Below, piece by piece: positions 28,268 through 31,591 of a stretch of 31,591 nucleotides of DNA. The translations under genes and the position numbers were made by a program. Below the pieces are notes generated by a model. It was not told where the DNA came from, searched no databases, and was given only the letters and a program-made list of their open reading frames with translations. The stretch's first letter is position 1. Each line of letters opens with the position of its first letter. The DNA is from a virus (lineage: Duplodnaviria > Caudoviricetes): positions 1 to 31,591 of the IMG/VR virus record IMGVR_UViG_3300035666_001071. One strand, written 5' to 3'.

Positions 28268-30708
28268 AAGTAGCAGTAGAACATTATTTCACAGGTCAAA
28301 CAGTCAGTTTAACAGGAGGGATTCCAGATGTTGGTGTTACTGCTGGCGGTTATAATTCGACAAGAACTATGCTGTCTTCTCTAATGGCCCAATCGACAGG
28401 ACCAAACCCAGAAAACAAATATATTTCCACAAAACCTGCATCTTTAATAAACATTGCCGATGTCTTTGTGACTCCAGTACCACAATCATTTCCACATGTT
28501 GTTAAATGGTCTGATAATATTTACTGGATATTTATGGCATCCATCAACACCGCTGCCTCCACAAGACCTATAACTCTAACAGAATTTGATACAACTTCAA
28601 ATACTCTTACCTATAAAGGATACATTACCTTATCGGGTTCAACTGTTTCTGGAAATAAGACGGTTCGCTCATTGAGAGCGATGGTTTATACCCACACATC
28701 GGGTACAGTTTCAACAAGTGGAAGTTCTTCAACAATATCAGGGTCAAGTACGCAATTTACCACAGATAGAATTGCCGTTGGTGCAAGAATAGGATTCGGG
28801 ACAACCGATCCGAAACAAGTAACTACTTGGTATGATATAACTGCTATTTCAAATGATACAACTTTAACAATCGGTTCAAGTGTCAATCTTTCGGAAGGAA
28901 CATCATATGTAATAGAAGAAATTAGAATTGCTATTTCTGTAACTAATGCAACTTTTCTCAATGGCGGTGTGCATTTGATAAAAGGATTAAACTACAATAC
29001 ATTTAATATTGTTGGTGGCACCACAATTGCAGAAGCAACTACCGTAGATAACATTCGTGCATCATATTTATTGAGAGATGGAGTAGGTACTCTAGGAACT
29101 GCAACTGCAACCGTAACATATAGTACAACAAACATTTTATCATTAAATAATCATGGATTTGTTGTTAATGATCCAGTTATATTTACAACTACAGGAACAT
29201 TGCCAACAGGAATATCAACGGGAACAACTTATTATGTAATTAGTACAAATTTAGGAACAAATCAATTCTCTGTTTCTACATCCATCGGTGGAAGTGCACT
29301 AAGCATATCAGGCGCAGGAACAGGAACGCATACTGTACATTCATCCACTAGTTTTGCTTCTGCATCACTTGCATTAGATGATGAAGGGAAAAGTGCTACA
29401 AATCATACTCTTTATCATATAAACACGCCAGGAGGCGGCGGAAATGCAACTATAATAAAGTACAATATTAGAGCCGCATTAACTTCTGGTTCCGTTGTGG
29501 GTGGACCATCCAATGGAGTTACTGTAAGTGCATTTGTTTTAAAAACAGGAACATATAATGTTAGTGGTACTATTTCGCAGTCAAATTCTTCAAAAGTTTT
29601 TACTCCATCTCATGGTGTTTCGTCGGGCGAAAAGAGTTTATTTTTTGTGACCACAACTAGAGTTTATAGATCTCCTGTATCAACTTTAACGGCTGGTAGT
29701 AGCAGTTGGTTAAGTGATTACATGCTAGAAATCCCTCCTGGAGGCAGCACAACATATACGACTTTTAGTTCTATGTCGCAAGTCGTTTATTCTTCTACAA
29801 TCGATAAATTATTTATTACAAATACTTCAGGTCGGTATGGCATTTATGTTGGAAACTATGATCCCGCTGGAGGACAGTTTGATAAAATTATTGGTTCAAA
29901 TTTAACTAGAGTTAAACAAAGCACTACCGCATCTGGTGCTAGTGATGGTCTATTTCCACAGCAAGCATTATCAATTTGGACTGAAGATGGGTGGATGTTT
30001 GCTGTTCCGAATAGCATAGTTACAAACCAAAATTGGTTGTATGTTTTTCCTTTTGGTGCAGATGCATACTACCACTCATCTTCTAAACAAGGTATTATCA
30101 CCCCAAAACTTTTAACAGATAGCGCAAGTAAATTGTATCATGTCTATGTTGACCATATGGAATATGCAGGAGATTATGGTTTAGGATTCCCTGTAGAGTC
30201 TTATAGATTATGGTATCGTACAACTGGAATTGATGACAATAGTGGTGAGTGGACAGAGGTTGATGTTGGAGAAGATCTTGGCTCGGCTAATCCATCAAAT
30301 TACATTCAATTCAAAATTGCTTTTGATATAATGGGAGAGATCTGCGTTCCAACTCGTATTTATTCGATAACTTGTCTTTACGAAAATTCGATACAAGACT
30401 CACACTATCAACCCTCTCTTGCAAAATCTTCTGCCGTAAGCAGAATATTTGCGTGGAGACAGGTAAGTTCTTGGGGTAGCAATATTCCTAATTTGAGAAT
30501 TCGGTTATACGATGCAGACACGAACAATGAAATCCTAAATGATACCATATCTTTATCTTCATATGGAACATGGCAATATTCAACTGATGGTACAAATTGG
30601 AATTCTTGGAATGCTGCTCAAGACACCATTGGAAACTATATTCGTTACAATGCAACAAGTTTTGCACTGAGTGGAGTAACAGTAAGGGCATTACTAACAC
30701 AGGCATAA
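28264..30708 (+). CDS. large Thr/Ser/Gly-rich virion structural (fibre/baseplate-associated) protein
   Basis: ATGA-coupled to the collagen gene; beta-rich; contains an [13 protein letters not shown]...LPTG...TTYYV module typical of phage structural proteins. Confidence 0.7.
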
Positions 30709-30709
30709 C

Positions 30710-30847
30710 ATGGATGATATAACATTTGTTTCTGATTACTTTTTTTTAGACTTTCCTTTGTTGGAAGTTCCTATTTCTGCATTTGATCTAGATGGCAACG
30801 CATTTTCATTAAGACTGGCATTACCTGAACGAATTAGCATAGGTTGA
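30710..30847 (+). CDS. 45-aa hypothetical protein (missing from the ORF track)
   Basis: MDDITFVSDYFFLDFPLLEVPISAFDLDGNAFSLRLALPERISIG* fills the gap between the flanking genes almost exactly (1-nt and 3-nt spacing). Confidence 0.6.
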   Translation: MDDITFVSDYFFLDFPLLEVPISAFDLDGNAFSLRLALPERISIG

Positions 30848-30850
30848 TAT

Positions 30851-31114
30851 ATGCCAATTGATTTTCCTGCATCACCAAATACAAATGACACCTATTCTTA
30901 TGGTGGAACTATATGGATTTGGAATGGTAATGTGTGGATAATACAATCAACATCGATAGGAAGTACAGGACCACAAGGGGCTACAGGAAGCACCCCTACA
31001 ATACCAATTGCAAGTGATTCAATTACGGGAGTTGCATCATTCAACTCAACTAATTTTAGTGTTTCTGCGACTGGACATGTAATACTAGAAGCAATATATG
31101 GCGGTACTTTCTAA
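30851..31114 (+). CDS. small fibre-associated protein
   Basis: [13 protein letters not shown]....WIWNG..W N-terminus, short [12 protein letters not shown] collagen stretch, C-terminal IYGGTF. Confidence 0.75.
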   Translation: MPIDFPASPNTNDTYSYGGTIWIWNGNVWIIQSTSIGSTGPQGATGSTPTIPIASDSITGVASFNSTNFSVSATGHVILEAIYGGTF

Positions 31115-31591
31115 TGGCAGATTTTAGTATAATCAAAATAAAAAGAGGACTTACTGCGGGAGTCGTTCCTGTTGGATTGACATATGGGGAACTCGCTGTA
31201 AATGTTGGTGATGGAAAACTTTATGTTGGTGGTTCCACAGGAAGTACCATTGAAATAATTTCAGGAACTACATCTTCATCTCCTGGTTTCTTGCTGTCTT
31301 CTGGTTCTACAGGTGCAATAGGATCTACTGGTGCTACTGGTTCTACAGGTGCTACTGGTTCCACGGGTTCTACAGGTGCTACTGGTTCCACAGGTTCTAC
31401 TGGTTCCACGGGTTCTACAGGTGCTACTGGTTCCACAGGTTCTACTGGTTCCACGGGTTCTACAGGTGCTACTGGTTCTACAGGTGCTACTGGTTCCACG
31501 GGTTCTACAGGTGCTACTGGTTCCACAGGTTCTACTGGTTCCACGGGTTCTACAGGTGCTACTGGTTCCACAGGTTCTACTGGTTCCACGG
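31114..31591 (+). CDS. collagen-like tail fibre protein, truncated by the window end
   Basis: TAATG coupling; [39 protein letters not shown] (typical phage fibre N-terminus), then (GST/GAT)n to the window end. Confidence 0.85.
   Translation, partial: MADFSIIKIKRGLTAGVVPVGLTYGELAVNVGDGKLYVGGSTGSTIEIISGTTSSSPGFLLSSGSTGAIGSTGATGSTGATGSTGSTGATGSTGSTGSTGSTGATGSTGSTGSTGSTGATGSTGATGSTGSTGATGSTGSTGSTGSTGATGSTGSTGST
31303..31591 (+). repeat. 9-bp-period collagen repeat array (GGT-TCY/GCT-ACN), Gly-Ser/Ala-Thr
   Basis: ggttctaca/ggtgctact/ggttccacg units with higher-order repetition. Confidence 0.9.

Overview
All-plus-strand, gene-dense segment of a large T4-like (Tevenvirinae/Kyanoviridae-type) myophage. 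It has four blocks. (1) 1-12.35 kb is a nucleotide-sugar and glycosylation cluster: NDP-hexose C-methyltransferase, GDP-fucose synthase, several glycosyltransferase-like genes, a kinase-aldolase fusion, an NTP transferase, a PLC/GDPD-like protein, an epimerase, RmlB and RfbH/DdhC. (2) The gp41 helicase is followed by two small ORFs and an unannotated, non-canonical tRNA-like gene (anticodon UAU, T-loop GGCAGCA). (3) A late-promoter block encodes probable head-packaged proteins: a KxDG ligase-like protein and a 1212-aa apparent polyprotein (HIGH-type nucleotidyltransferase + RimK ATP-grasp ligase + RimB-like aspartic protease + small domains) with gp21-type (I/L/V)xE motifs at the domain junctions. 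The gp61 primase and ThyX follow. (4) Collagen-like, Gly-X-Thr-rich fibre and structural genes run off the 3' end. All family assignments come from motif recognition only; no searches were run.
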